The notes beneath the pieces were generated by a model, which was not told the DNA's origin, made no database searches, and worked only from the letters and a program-made list of their open reading frames with translations. Shown piece after piece: positions 17,087 through 26,672 of a stretch of DNA of 64,000 nt. How positions within the stretch are numbered: position 1 is the first letter of the stretch; the number at the start of each line of letters is the position of its first letter. The DNA comes from an uncultured Actinomycetes bacterium. GTDB taxonomy: Bacteria; Actinomycetota; Thermoleophilia; UBA2241. The stretch lies in NCBI GenBank assembly GCA_963767005.1, contig CAVYCN010000003.1, positions 256,001 to 320,000 on the forward strand, given 5' to 3'. The translations under genes and the position numbers were made by a program.

Positions 17087-18327
17087 TCGCCGTCGAGGAG
17101 ATCGTTGAAGATGCGCAGGTCGTCGCGCAGCAGACGCGGCGTGAGGAAGTGCCGCCGCACGTGCTCCTTGCCGCGCCGCGCCATGGCCTGGGCCCAGTCG
17201 GGTCGCTCGAGGATCTCGAGACAGCGTTCGGCGCAGGTCGCGCTCGAGTCGACGAGGAAGCCCGTGACTCCGTCCTCGATCTGCAGCGGGATGCCGCCGA
17301 CCGCCCCGGCGACGACCGGCCGCGCCTTCCAGAGGCCCTCGCTCACGGTCAGGCCGAACCCCTCGCGGGTCGACTTCTGCAGGACGACGGCGGCGTGCGA
17401 CTGGAACGCGTTCACCTCGACGCTGCCGATATTGTCGAGGTTGGACAGGACGAACACGTCGGGGTCGCCGCCCACGTAGGCGTGGAGCTTCTCGAGGTAC
17501 TCCCAGCCCTCGGGGTCGTCCGACGCCATCGAGCCGATCAGGGCGAGCTGCACCTCGGGCCGGTACGCCTTGACCTGGCGGTAGGCGTCGACCACGCCGA
17601 GCGGGTCCTTCCAGGGGTCGAAGCGCGAGACCTGCAGGAGCAGGGGCCGTTCGACGTCGATGCCGAACTGCCGCACGATGTAGTGGGCGTCGTCGGGCAC
17701 GAGGGTCATGTTCTTGGGCGCGAGCGGATCGATCGCCGGCGGCACCACCTCGAGCGGCACGCCGAGGCTCTCGGGCGCGTAGCTCGCCATGGTGTAGACG
17801 GCACGGTCGTAGCGCCTGATGAAGGGCAGCAGGTAGTCGTAGAGCTCCGCGTCGGGCGTCGAGGTGTCGATGTGGCAGCGCCACAGCCAGCGCGTGGGGC
17901 CCTCGCCGCCGTCGGCCACCCAGGTGCGCATGGCGCAGGGCTGGGGGTCGTGGATGACGACGAAGTCGTAGTGGCGCGAAAGCTGGGCCGCGTTGCGCCG
18001 GTTCACCTCTTCGTAGAGCTCCCGCACGTCGGCGGACAGCTCGATCGGCGCGCCCTGGAGACCGTTGTGGAAGCTCTTCGTGACGTTGAAGAACTCGCTG
18101 TCGGCCGTCATGACCTGCCACTCGGCCTCGAGGCCGACGTCGTTCATGAGGGGCAGCAGTGTGTAGAGGATCTCGGCGACGCCGCCGCCGAACGAGGTCG
18201 CGTTGACGTGGAGCACGCGCTTGCCGCGCAGCGGCTCGGCGAGCCGCCGGATCTCGGCCATGAGCTCCTTGTGGACGATGCTCTGGTACTCGGCCAGGTA
18301 CTTGCGGCCAACGTTGACGTCGCGCAC
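17083..18327 (-). CDS. treT: TreT-like trehalose glycosyltransferring synthase (GT4)
   Basis: NATSFGGGVAEIL, FFNVTKSFHNGLQG, IHDPQP, WRCHID, VSRFDPWKDP, EGFGLTVSEGLWK; GTG start after GAAAGG. Confidence 0.88.
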   Translation of the reverse strand: MRDVNVGRKYLAEYQSIVHKELMAEIRRLAEPLRGKRVLHVNATSFGGGVAEILYTLLPLMNDVGLEAEWQVMTADSEFFNVTKSFHNGLQGAPIELSADVRELYEEVNRRNAAQLSRHYDFVVIHDPQPCAMRTWVADGGEGPTRWLWRCHIDTSTPDAELYDYLLPFIRRYDRAVYTMASYAPESLGVPLEVVPPAIDPLAPKNMTLVPDDAHYIVRQFGIDVERPLLLQVSRFDPWKDPLGVVDAYRQVKAYRPEVQLALIGSMASDDPEGWEYLEKLHAYVGGDPDVFVLSNLDNIGSVEVNAFQSHAAVVLQKSTREGFGLTVSEGLWKARPVVAGAVGGIPLQIEDGVTGFLVDSSATCAERCLEILERPDWAQAMARRGKEHVRRHFLTPRLLRDDLRIFNDLLDGD

Positions 18328-18516
18328 GGGTCGCCTTTCGCGTAAGACAGGTCCGTAGTACATCACAACTGCGAAGGCGCCGCGCCCGCCGGGCCTTCCG
18401 CCGGGCGCGGGCTCCCCAGTCATACCCAGCGCGACGGCCGCCTGCACGCGGGGCCGCAGGACGGGCGCGCGGCGGGGCGGGTGCGTCAGCGGGGCGGGCG
18501 CGTCGGGCGGGACGTG

Positions 18517-19026
18517 TCAGGCCGGGCGGGCCGGCGCCGCGCGCTCGGTCAGCCCCAGGCGCCGCAGCCGCTGGTGCATGGCGGCGAGGCTCACCTCGAA
18601 GCGGTCGGCCAGGCGGCCCACGTCGAGGCCGTCCTCGAGCACGGCTTGGCGCACGAGCGTCGCGGGCATGAGCAGATCAGCCGCGAACTGGTCGGCCTCG
18701 CGCTCGTACCGCGCGGTGGCCGCGCTCGTCGCGCCGCCGCGCTCCGCCACGGCACGCTCGCCGTGCAGCAGGAAATGGCCGACCTCGTGGGCGATCGTGA
18801 AGCGCTGGCGGCGCTCGTGCGCGGGGCCGCGCAGCTCGATGGCGTGGCCGTCGCCGAGGGGCACGAGGGCGGCCTCGGCGACGAACGGGTCGCGGCGACG
18901 CTCGACGAGAGAGAGGTTGAGGTAGCTGACGACGTCGCGCAGCGACACGGGGGCGCGTGTGACCCGGGCGGCCCGCAACAACCGCTCGGCCTCGGCGCGG
19001 ATGGTCTCGTTCGTGTGGCTCGTCAT
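18517..19026 (-). CDS. ImmA/IrrE-family zinc metallopeptidase
   Basis: RQRFTIAHEVGH (HExxH), EREADQFAADLLMP, LADRFEVS. Confidence 0.88.
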   Translation of the reverse strand: MTSHTNETIRAEAERLLRAARVTRAPVSLRDVVSYLNLSLVERRRDPFVAEAALVPLGDGHAIELRGPAHERRQRFTIAHEVGHFLLHGERAVAERGGATSAATARYEREADQFAADLLMPATLVRQAVLEDGLDVGRLADRFEVSLAAMHQRLRRLGLTERAAPARPA

Positions 19027-19209
19027 GGCATCGCAGCTCGAGGAGGTGCGAGTGGCCCCGCCGACGCGGATCGTCACGAACGCCCCCCTGATCGTCCATG
19101 GTACCAGCGCGGCGTGACCGCGCAACTGCCGGCGGCCGTTGGCGGCGAGCCGGGCGGACCGAACGGTCCGCCCGGCTCGCCGCCCCGATGCTATACTCCT
19201 CGGAAGATC

Positions 19210-20751
19210 ATGGGCCGTCGCCGACAGCCGCTTCCGACTCGCGCGCGCGGGCGCGCCGCGGCGCTGGCGGCGCTGGCCGTGGCCCTCGTCCTCTCTACCC
19301 TCGCCGTGCTGCCCAGCGCCAGCGGCTCGACCGGCGCCGGAGCCTCCGCGAGCGTCGCCGCCGTCGGCGCGCAGACCTACGGTGGCGTCGCCGTCGACGC
19401 CGCCGCCACCGACAACACCGCGACGACCACGGCCGGGGCGCTCCCGGCGGGCCTCGTGGCGACGTCGACCGCCGCCTCGTGCTCGTCGTACGTGGTCGAC
19501 CGCACCCTCGTCTCCAGTGCACAGGCGACGGCGAGCGGCGTCGACCTGCTCGACGGGGTCGTCACCGCCAGCTCGGTCCAGGTGGTCGCCGGCGCCAGCG
19601 TCCTCGACGGCGTCGCCAAGGCGACGACCGACGGCAGCGCCGTGTCCGGCCTGCACGTGGCCGGCGTCGCCGACGCCGACCTGCCGACCCAGGGGCTCGT
19701 CACGGTCCCCGGCGTCGGCACCCTCAAGATCCTCTATCAGAGCAGCGAGGCGAGCGGCGGCGAGGGCAGCGCGAGCGCGATCGGCCTCAGCCTCACGCTC
19801 ACCAGCGCGACCGACGGCGTGCCGGCCGGCACGACCATCGTGGTCGGATCGGTGCGCGCCAGCGCCGACCAGGCCTCGCTCGACGCGCTGCTCGGCACGC
19901 CGAGCCCGACCCCGACGGTCACACCGACGCCGACCCGCAGCGCGACGCCCCACCCGACCCACAGCGCGACGCCGTACCCCACGCCCACCCCGAGCCCGAC
20001 CTGGCCGACGACGACCTACACGCCGATGCCGGCCCCGACGACGCCGTCGGCCGAGATCCTCGCCCGGTTCCCCGGCGCCGTGTTCCCCGTCGCGGGCACG
20101 TACACCTACACCGACACGTTCGGCGCCTACCGCGCCGACATGCCGAACCACCAGCACGAGGGCGACGACATCTTCGCGAGCTACGGCACGCCGGTCGTCG
20201 CCGTCCTCGACGGCACCATCACCGGCCTGTCGACCACCGACATCGGCGGCAACAACATCCACCTCACCGACGCGAGCGGCGACTACTTCTACTACGCGCA
20301 CCTCTCGCGTTTTGCCACCGGGCTCGCGCAGGGCGATCACGTGGTCGCCGGTCAGACGATCGGCTACGTCGGCAACACCGGCGACGCGCGCACGACGTCG
20401 CCCCACCTGCACTTCGAGATCCACCCCGACGGCGGCGCCGCGGTCGACCCCACCCCCTACCTCGACGCCTGGCGGGCGGCCGGCCACGCGGTCGCGACGA
20501 CCGGGCAGGGCAGCCTGACCACCGCCACCCCCAGCGCGACCCCCGCGACGACCGACCCGGCGATCGCCGCCGCGGTGCAGCAGGCGGCCGACGCCTTCGC
20601 CGCCCTGCAGGCGGGCGTCACCGGCGGCTCGCGGCAGACGCCGTCGAGCGGTGGCGGGATGGGTCTGCTGGGCGGCGTCCTCGCGGTCGCGAACGTCGGC
20701 GGCGCACTGCTCCTCAAGCGCCTGCAGCTCGCCGCCGTGTTGCTGCCGTAA
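19210..20751 (+). CDS. Secreted, membrane-anchored M23 peptidase with beta-rich N-terminal domain and Pro/Thr linker
   Basis: Signal peptide; HEGDD (HxxxD), YYAHL, PHLHFE; C-terminal hydrophobic helix; extended -10 TGCTATACT at 19189-19197. Confidence 0.88.
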   Translation: MGRRRQPLPTRARGRAAALAALAVALVLSTLAVLPSASGSTGAGASASVAAVGAQTYGGVAVDAAATDNTATTTAGALPAGLVATSTAASCSSYVVDRTLVSSAQATASGVDLLDGVVTASSVQVVAGASVLDGVAKATTDGSAVSGLHVAGVADADLPTQGLVTVPGVGTLKILYQSSEASGGEGSASAIGLSLTLTSATDGVPAGTTIVVGSVRASADQASLDALLGTPSPTPTVTPTPTRSATPHPTHSATPYPTPTPSPTWPTTTYTPMPAPTTPSAEILARFPGAVFPVAGTYTYTDTFGAYRADMPNHQHEGDDIFASYGTPVVAVLDGTITGLSTTDIGGNNIHLTDASGDYFYYAHLSRFATGLAQGDHVVAGQTIGYVGNTGDARTTSPHLHFEIHPDGGAAVDPTPYLDAWRAAGHAVATTGQGSLTTATPSATPATTDPAIAAAVQQAADAFAALQAGVTGGSRQTPSSGGGMGLLGGVLAVANVGGALLLKRLQLAAVLLP

Positions 20752-20850
20752 CGCCTCAGGCCTCGACGCGAAACGCGCCTGCCGTGCCTGGCGCACCGGC
20801 CGCCGGGCGGATCGTGGCGCACGACGGCGCGAGCACCGAGATCGGGGGGC

Positions 20851-20926
20851 TGGAGCGGATGACGGGACTCGAACCCGCGGTCTTCAGCTTGGGAAGCTGA
20901 CGCGTTACCAGCTACGCTACATCCGC
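20851..20926 (-). tRNA. tRNA-Gly(CCC)
   Basis: GCGGATGTAGCGTAGCTGGTAACGCGTCAGCTTCCCAAGCTGAAGACCGCGGGTTCGAGTCCCGTCATCCGCTCCA; cloverleaf, encoded CCA. Confidence 0.97.
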
Positions 20927-21019
20927 ACCGCGGTCAGCATACACCAGGTCGTAAGCGGCGCTCCACGGCGCCGCGCCGTGCCCGTACGGCGCTTCGCACA
21001 CCTGCCGGCAACGCCGACG

Positions 21020-22096
21020 TCAGGGCCGCGGCGTGAAGAAACCGGGCTCGTAGACCTCGCCCAGACGCCGCGCCACGGCGGCGATCAGCCGGGCCGCGGC
21101 CTCGAGGTCGTCGAGGTCGGCGACCTCGTGCGGCGAGTGCATGTAACGCACCGGCATGCCGAGGTTGAGGGCGGCCGTGCCGCCGCCCGCCGTCTGCAGC
21201 CACTCGTTGTCGGTCTGCGTGTCGCCCGGGAACGCCTTGACCTGCAAGGTGATGCCCTCGGCCTCGGCCACGTCGCGCACGAGCTCGAACAGGACGCTGT
21301 TGCTGCCGCCCCCACGACCCAGCGTGGGACCGCCGCCCAGCGCCGCGACGCCGCCGGCCTTGCGCGGCTCGACCTCGGGCTGGTCGGTGGCAAACTCGGC
21401 GTCGACCACGACGAGGCACTCGGGACGCTGCCGGCGCGACTGGACGTGAGCACCCATGAACCGGGTCTCCTCCTGCACGGTGGAGAGCGCGGTCAACGCG
21501 GCGCGGCCCGGTGCGGCGGCGTAGAGCTCGAGAGCCCGGACCACCACGTACACACCGGCGCGATCGTCGAGGGCGCGACCCGCGACGGCGTGCCCGCCGA
21601 GCTCCACGAAGTGCGGATCGAAGACGATCGGGTCGCCACAGGCGACACGCTGCAGGGCGTCGTCGCGGCCGCTCGCGCCGATGTCGATCCAGTGCTCGTT
21701 CACGGCCGCCGCCTTGCCGCGCTCGGCCTCGGGGATCATGTGCGTCGGCCGCTTGCCGATCACGCCCGGCACCGGGCCGCCACGGCCCTCGATCACGACG
21801 GCACGACCGGCGAGCAGCGCCGGATCGACGCCGCCGAGCTTTTCGAAGTAGACGAAACCGCGATCGTCGACCCACGTGGCCTGCAGTCCGATCTGGTCGA
21901 TGTGCGCGGCGATCACGATGCCCGGCACGCCCCCGGGGTTGACGGTCGCGACGACGTTGCCGAGCACGTCGGTCTCGGGCTCGGTCACGCCGGCGACGCG
22001 GCGGCGCACGACTTCCTGCGCCGGCTGCTCGAAGCCGCTCGGGCCGGCAGCCATGACCAGGTCGCGCAGGAACGCGACGTCGGGTTCGGTCTTCAC
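21020..22096 (-). CDS. M42-family (TET-like) aminopeptidase
   Basis: GPSGFE, DVLGN, AHIDQIG, ALDDR, VQEE, RYMHSPHE. Confidence 0.9.
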   Translation of the reverse strand: MKTEPDVAFLRDLVMAAGPSGFEQPAQEVVRRRVAGVTEPETDVLGNVVATVNPGGVPGIVIAAHIDQIGLQATWVDDRGFVYFEKLGGVDPALLAGRAVVIEGRGGPVPGVIGKRPTHMIPEAERGKAAAVNEHWIDIGASGRDDALQRVACGDPIVFDPHFVELGGHAVAGRALDDRAGVYVVVRALELYAAAPGRAALTALSTVQEETRFMGAHVQSRRQRPECLVVVDAEFATDQPEVEPRKAGGVAALGGGPTLGRGGGSNSVLFELVRDVAEAEGITLQVKAFPGDTQTDNEWLQTAGGGTAALNLGMPVRYMHSPHEVADLDDLEAAARLIAAVARRLGEVYEPGFFTPRP

Positions 22097-22443
22097 GGGG
22101 CCTCCTTGTCGTGCCGAAAAGTCATCCTACCAGAGGCCGTGGTGGGCCGTCTCCATCACCGCCGGGGGCGCCCCGGGACGCCGGTGGGCAGCCCGTCGAT
22201 GCAGGCCTTTCTGCTCGGCGTTTGGAATCGCCGAAAGCGCCCACACTAGCCCTGTGGCGACTCATACGGCCGGGTCCACCGGCTGTGTCGTCCAGGCAGT
22301 TGTCGAAATGGATGACCAACGGATTATTGCCGTCGTGCTGGGGCTATGGTAGGTATGTACTGGGTCCTTCGTCCTGCGTTCGCAGGAGCGGTCGCTTGGG
22401 TCCGTCACAACGGCAACAAGTCTTTCCGAAAGGGGGCGGGCGC

Positions 22444-22863
22444 ATGGAACGCATCAGGCCGAAGTGGCTGAAGAGCACGAAGGGTGCTCCGTTCACCGGC
22501 ATCGGCTCACTCGAAGCCGACATCCTCGCGATCATCTGGGAGCGCCAGCGGGCGACGGTGCGCGACGTCTACGAGACGCTGCGCGAGCAGCGCACGATCG
22601 CCTACACGACCGTCATGACGGTCATGAACAACCTGGTGAAGAAGGAGCTCCTGGCCCAGGATCGCACCGCCATCGCCTACGTCTACACACCGGCCATCCC
22701 CGGCAACGAGGTGGCCAGCACCATCCTCGACAGCGTCGTCCAGCGGCTGTTCCGGGGCCGCTCGAACCTCGCCCTGTCGCACCTGCTCGGCCTCGAACGC
22801 GACCTCAACCCCGAGCAGGCCGAGGAGCTGCGCAAGTACGCTCGCGAGCACTTCGTCGCCTGA
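22444..22863 (+). CDS. BlaI/MecI/CopY-family regulator
   Basis: GSLEADILAIIW..ATVRDV..IAYTTVMTVMNNLVKK winged HTH. Confidence 0.9.
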   Translation: MERIRPKWLKSTKGAPFTGIGSLEADILAIIWERQRATVRDVYETLREQRTIAYTTVMTVMNNLVKKELLAQDRTAIAYVYTPAIPGNEVASTILDSVVQRLFRGRSNLALSHLLGLERDLNPEQAEELRKYAREHFVA

Positions 22864-22983
22864 CGCCGCCACCGAGCGGCCGCGGCACGCGTCGGCGGCC
22901 GCGCGCCGGCCCCAGGGGCCGGCGCGCGGCCGCTTTTCGTTCGTGACGTGACACGCGGCGCGAGCGAGCTCGCGCCGCGCCCG

Positions 22984-24783
22984 TCACATGCTCTGCGGCG
23001 CGCTCACTCCGAGCAGCTCGAGGCCCTTGGCGAGCGTCGTGCGGCACACTTCGCACAGCCCCGTGCGGAAGGCGGTCGTAGCGGGGTCGTCGCCGATCAC
23101 GCGGCAGTTGCGGTAGAAGACGTGGAACTCGGCGGCGAGCTCGCCGAGATAGGCGTTCATCCGGTGCGGACCGCGCCGCTCGACCGCCTCGAGCACCACC
23201 ACGGGGAACCTCGCCAGCGCGCGCACCAGGTTGCGCTCGTACGGCCCGACCGCGACGCCGCCGAACGACGGCAGCGTCACCGCCGCTCCGGCGTCGTGGG
23301 CGCCGGCGAGCAAGCCCAGCACCTCGGGCGGGAGGGCCTCGGCATCCTCGAGGTTGCGCAGCACGCTGCAGATGCGGGCGTGGGCGTACTGCACGTAGAA
23401 GACCGGGTTCTTGTTCGACTGCTCGACGGCGAGGTCGAGGTCGAGGTCGAGCGTGGAGTCGTGGCTGCGACCGACCATGAAGAACCGCACGGCATCGACG
23501 CCGATCGCGTCGATCAGGTCGTCGACGGTGACGATGTCGCCGCGGCGCTTGGACATGCGCCGCGCCACGCCGCTCTCCAGCAGGTTGACGAGCTGCCCGA
23601 TGATGAGCTCGAGGCGGTCGGGGTCGTGCGGCGGCAGGGCCGTGAACATGGCCTTCATGCGCGGCACGTAGCCGTGGTGGTCGGCGCCCCAGATGTCGAT
23701 CAGGTGCTCGAAGCCGCGGTCCATCTTGTCGCGGTGATAGGCGATGTCCGACAGAAAGTACGTGGGCGCACCGGTCGTGCGGATGAGCACGCGGTCCTTG
23801 TCGTCGCCGTAGTCGGTGGTGCGCAGCCACACCGCGCCGTCGGCGTCGAACAGCTCGCCGTCGGCATCGAGCTCGCGCAGCGCCTTGCCGACCTCGCCGG
23901 CGAAGCCCCGATGCGGCGTGCCGCCGTCGTACAGCGTGGCCTCGCTCTTCCACACGTCGAACGGCACCCGCAGGCGTTCGAGCGTGGCCCGGAAGTTGTC
24001 GAGGATACGATCGCGGCCCCAGACCCTGATCTCGTCGAGCACCGTGTCCGGCGCCTTCGTGACGTCGGGGGCGACCGCGGCGAGGGGCTCGCGGTAGCGC
24101 TCGCCCACCTCGTCGATCAGGCGGTCTGCCACGTCGAGCACGTAGTCGCCGAGGTAGCCGTCGTCGGGCACCGGCAGCTCGAGCCCCAGGCGCTGGCCGT
24201 AACGCGCCGCGAGCGACTGGCCGAACTTGGCCATCTGCGTGCCGAAGTCGTTCACGTAGAATTCGCGGGTCACGTCGTGGCCGGCGTACGCGAAGAGCCG
24301 GCAGAGGGCGTCGCCCATCGACGCGTAGCGGGCGTGGCCGACGTGCAGCGGGCCCGTCGGGTTGACGCTCACGAACTCGACGTTCACTCGCCGGCGGCTC
24401 GCAGGTGGGAGCACGCCGCGGCCGTGGTCGGCGCCGAGGGCGAGCATACGGCGCGTGGTCGCGCGGTACCACTCGTCGCTCAGGAACAGGTTGAGAAAGC
24501 CGGGACCGGCGACCTCGTAGCGCGTGCACAGCCCGGCGCCGGGACCGGCGCACCAGCGCTCGCCGAGCGCGGCCGCGACGTCACGCGGCCTGGCGCCGGC
24601 CCGCTTGGCGACGGCGAGCGCGACGGGCGTCGAGACGTCGCCGAACTCGGGCTTCGGGGGGATGGTGAGCTCGACGGCCGGCACTTCGCCGACCGCAGGG
24701 GCCACCTCGACGAGGGTGCGCGCGAGCGATCGTCCGAGGCCGGTCAGGCCGTACAGATCCTCGTGCACGTCGCGCTCGCTCAT
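22984..24783 (-). CDS. argS: Arginine--tRNA ligase
   Basis: VEFVSVNPTGPLHVGH, EFYVNDFG, WGADHHGY, MSKRRG, YVQYAHAR. Confidence 0.97.
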   Translation of the reverse strand: MSERDVHEDLYGLTGLGRSLARTLVEVAPAVGEVPAVELTIPPKPEFGDVSTPVALAVAKRAGARPRDVAAALGERWCAGPGAGLCTRYEVAGPGFLNLFLSDEWYRATTRRMLALGADHGRGVLPPASRRRVNVEFVSVNPTGPLHVGHARYASMGDALCRLFAYAGHDVTREFYVNDFGTQMAKFGQSLAARYGQRLGLELPVPDDGYLGDYVLDVADRLIDEVGERYREPLAAVAPDVTKAPDTVLDEIRVWGRDRILDNFRATLERLRVPFDVWKSEATLYDGGTPHRGFAGEVGKALRELDADGELFDADGAVWLRTTDYGDDKDRVLIRTTGAPTYFLSDIAYHRDKMDRGFEHLIDIWGADHHGYVPRMKAMFTALPPHDPDRLELIIGQLVNLLESGVARRMSKRRGDIVTVDDLIDAIGVDAVRFFMVGRSHDSTLDLDLDLAVEQSNKNPVFYVQYAHARICSVLRNLEDAEALPPEVLGLLAGAHDAGAAVTLPSFGGVAVGPYERNLVRALARFPVVVLEAVERRGPHRMNAYLGELAAEFHVFYRNCRVIGDDPATTAFRTGLCEVCRTTLAKGLELLGVSAPQSM

Positions 24784-24796
24784 GTCCGTCCCTCGT

Positions 24797-25261
24797 TCAA
24801 TGATGGTACGTCTCACCGCGGGCGATCTTGAGCCCGCGGAACAGTTGCTCGGCCAGGACCACCCTGGCGAGCTGGTGCGGCAGCGTGAGCGGCGACAGCG
24901 AGAGCAGCTCGTGCGCCGCCGCCTTGACCTCGTCGGACAGGCCGAGCGAGCCGCCCACCACGAACGTCGCCGGCCCGCGGCCGGTCCACACCTGCAGCCG
25001 GGCGGCGAAGGCCTCGGTGCCGTAGGCCACCCCCGCCACATCGAGTGCCACCAGCGTGCCGCCGGCCGGCAGTGCCGCCATGAGCCGCCGGCCTTCGTCG
25101 CGCACGACCTCGGCGGCGGCCCGCCCCTGCAGCGGCACCTCGCGCACCTCGCGCACGGTGAACCGGGCGAGGCCGGCGAGCAACCGTTCGTAGTGGGCGA
25201 AGGCCGGCCGCAGGTCGGCGCCGAGGCGGCCGACGGCGAGGATCTCGAGACGCTCGGGCAC
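24797..25261 (-). CDS. rlmH: 23S rRNA m3psi1915 methyltransferase
   Basis: FVVGGSLGL, LSLSPLTLPHQLARVVLAEQLFRG..YHH. Confidence 0.93.
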   Translation of the reverse strand: MPERLEILAVGRLGADLRPAFAHYERLLAGLARFTVREVREVPLQGRAAAEVVRDEGRRLMAALPAGGTLVALDVAGVAYGTEAFAARLQVWTGRGPATFVVGGSLGLSDEVKAAAHELLSLSPLTLPHQLARVVLAEQLFRGLKIARGETYHH

Positions 25262-25305
25262 GGCAGGTCACCCTACCACGGCGCTCGCGCAACCGGCAAC
25301 GAGAC

Positions 25306-25393
25306 GTCCCGGCGGCGGGGACGCCGCCGTCAGTCCGACGCCTGTCCCGGCGGCGGGGACGCCGCCGTCAGTCCGACGCCTGCCCCGGCGGCG
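25306..25393. repeat. 38-bp tandem repeat (about 2.3 copies) over the GGDEF gene stop
   Basis: GTCCCGGCGGCGGGGACGCCGCCGTCAGTCCGACGCCT at 25306 and 25344, partial copy at 25382. Confidence 0.9.
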
Positions 25394-26546
25394 AGAAGAA
25401 GCCGATCTGGCCGGCGCCGCGCGACTTGGCCACGTACATGGTCGTGGTCGCCTTGGCCACGAGCTCCTCGACGATCGCGCCGTCTTCGGGGAAGGTCGCC
25501 ACGCCGGCGCTGGCGGTCAGGGTGAAGCGGTGCTCACCCGACTCGCAGACCGTCTCGGCGAGCGCGCCGCGCAGGCGCGAGAGCACGACGTCGGCGGCCT
25601 CGTCGTCGGTCTCGGGCAGCACCAGCAGGAACTCGTCGGCGCCGTAGCGGCACGTGAGGTCGCAGGAGCGCAGCAGCCCACGCAGGTGGTCGGCCCACTG
25701 GCGCATGACCTCGTCGCCGCCCGCCTCGCCCACCGCCTCGTTCACCGCCGCGAAGCCGTCGATGTCGAGCATGAGGAAGGCCACGGTGCGGTCGTGGCGG
25801 GCGGCGCGCGCGAGCTCGAGAGTCGCGTGCTCGCGCAGGTGGCGGAAGTTGTACATGCCGGTGAGCGCGTCGCGCGTCTCGGCGTAGCGATGGTCGTTCA
25901 TCAGGCGCAGGTTCTCGAGGGCGATGTCGGACTGGTCGGCGATGCCGGCGAGCAGGCGGCGCTGGACCTCGCGCTGCGAGCCGTCCTCGACGTACACATA
26001 GCCCTCGGCGCTCGAGTTGTAGGCCTCGAACTGACAGACCGTGTCGCCCAGGCCCCAGCAGAGGGTCTCGCGCGTGATGACGTCGGTGCCGGTGATGCGC
26101 TCGAGGGCGCCGTCGACCAAACCGCGCTCGAAGTCGCAGACGGCGCCGCCCAGCGCCGGGAGCCGGTAGCAGGTGAGGCACTTCGACAGCTTGACGAGCA
26201 CCTTGTCTTCGTCGAGCTCGACCTCGAGCTCGCCCAGCATCATGCCGGCAAACCACGACTTGAGGTCCTGGATGGACTGCAGCGCGAGCTTGGCGCTGAA
26301 GCGCTTGGCCGCCGCGTAGAGGACCGCCCCTGAGTTGCTGCCGAGCACCTCGGGCAGCACCACGAGCTGCAGCAGACGCAGCAGCGCGGTCGGCGGCGAC
26401 AGGTCGGGATCGGCTTCGGCGTTCGTGATCTGCTCGACCGACGGCACCGGCCGCGGGTCTTCGGGCTGCGTGAGGGCGATCAGGTTGCCCAGGGTGTGCG
26501 CGAACAGATCGGCGAGCGTTAGTTCCTCGCGAGAGCGGATGACCAT
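25368..26546 (-). CDS. V4R-domain / GGDEF (GADEF) fusion protein
   Basis: V4R: CLTC..CDFERG..ETLCWGLGDTVCQFE; GGDEF: DALTGMYN, LDIDGF, RSCD, RYGADEF, SAGVA. Confidence 0.85.
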   Translation of the reverse strand: MVIRSREELTLADLFAHTLGNLIALTQPEDPRPVPSVEQITNAEADPDLSPPTALLRLLQLVVLPEVLGSNSGAVLYAAAKRFSAKLALQSIQDLKSWFAGMMLGELEVELDEDKVLVKLSKCLTCYRLPALGGAVCDFERGLVDGALERITGTDVITRETLCWGLGDTVCQFEAYNSSAEGYVYVEDGSQREVQRRLLAGIADQSDIALENLRLMNDHRYAETRDALTGMYNFRHLREHATLELARAARHDRTVAFLMLDIDGFAAVNEAVGEAGGDEVMRQWADHLRGLLRSCDLTCRYGADEFLLVLPETDDEAADVVLSRLRGALAETVCESGEHRFTLTASAGVATFPEDGAIVEELVAKATTTMYVAKSRGAGQIGFFSPPGQASD

Positions 26547-26672
26547 CCCCCCACCCCTCCAGCGCCGGCCCTGACGGGCGGTTTGCCTTGCCGTCGGCCG
26601 CGACGACGGCGGGACCGCGACCCGGCGATATACTCCGCCCGAGTATACGACACAGGAAGGACGCTGCGACTC

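Noticed and set aside
22400-22445. c-di-GMP-I riboswitch-like GGCAA..GAAA..GCGCA
   Set aside because: Weak stem, no second hairpin or tetraloop receptor; the G-run is explained as an RBS
26547-26672. 6S RNA upstream of 5-formyl-THF cyclo-ligase
   Set aside because: Intergenic space is too short (about 125 bp) and holds divergent promoter-like signals
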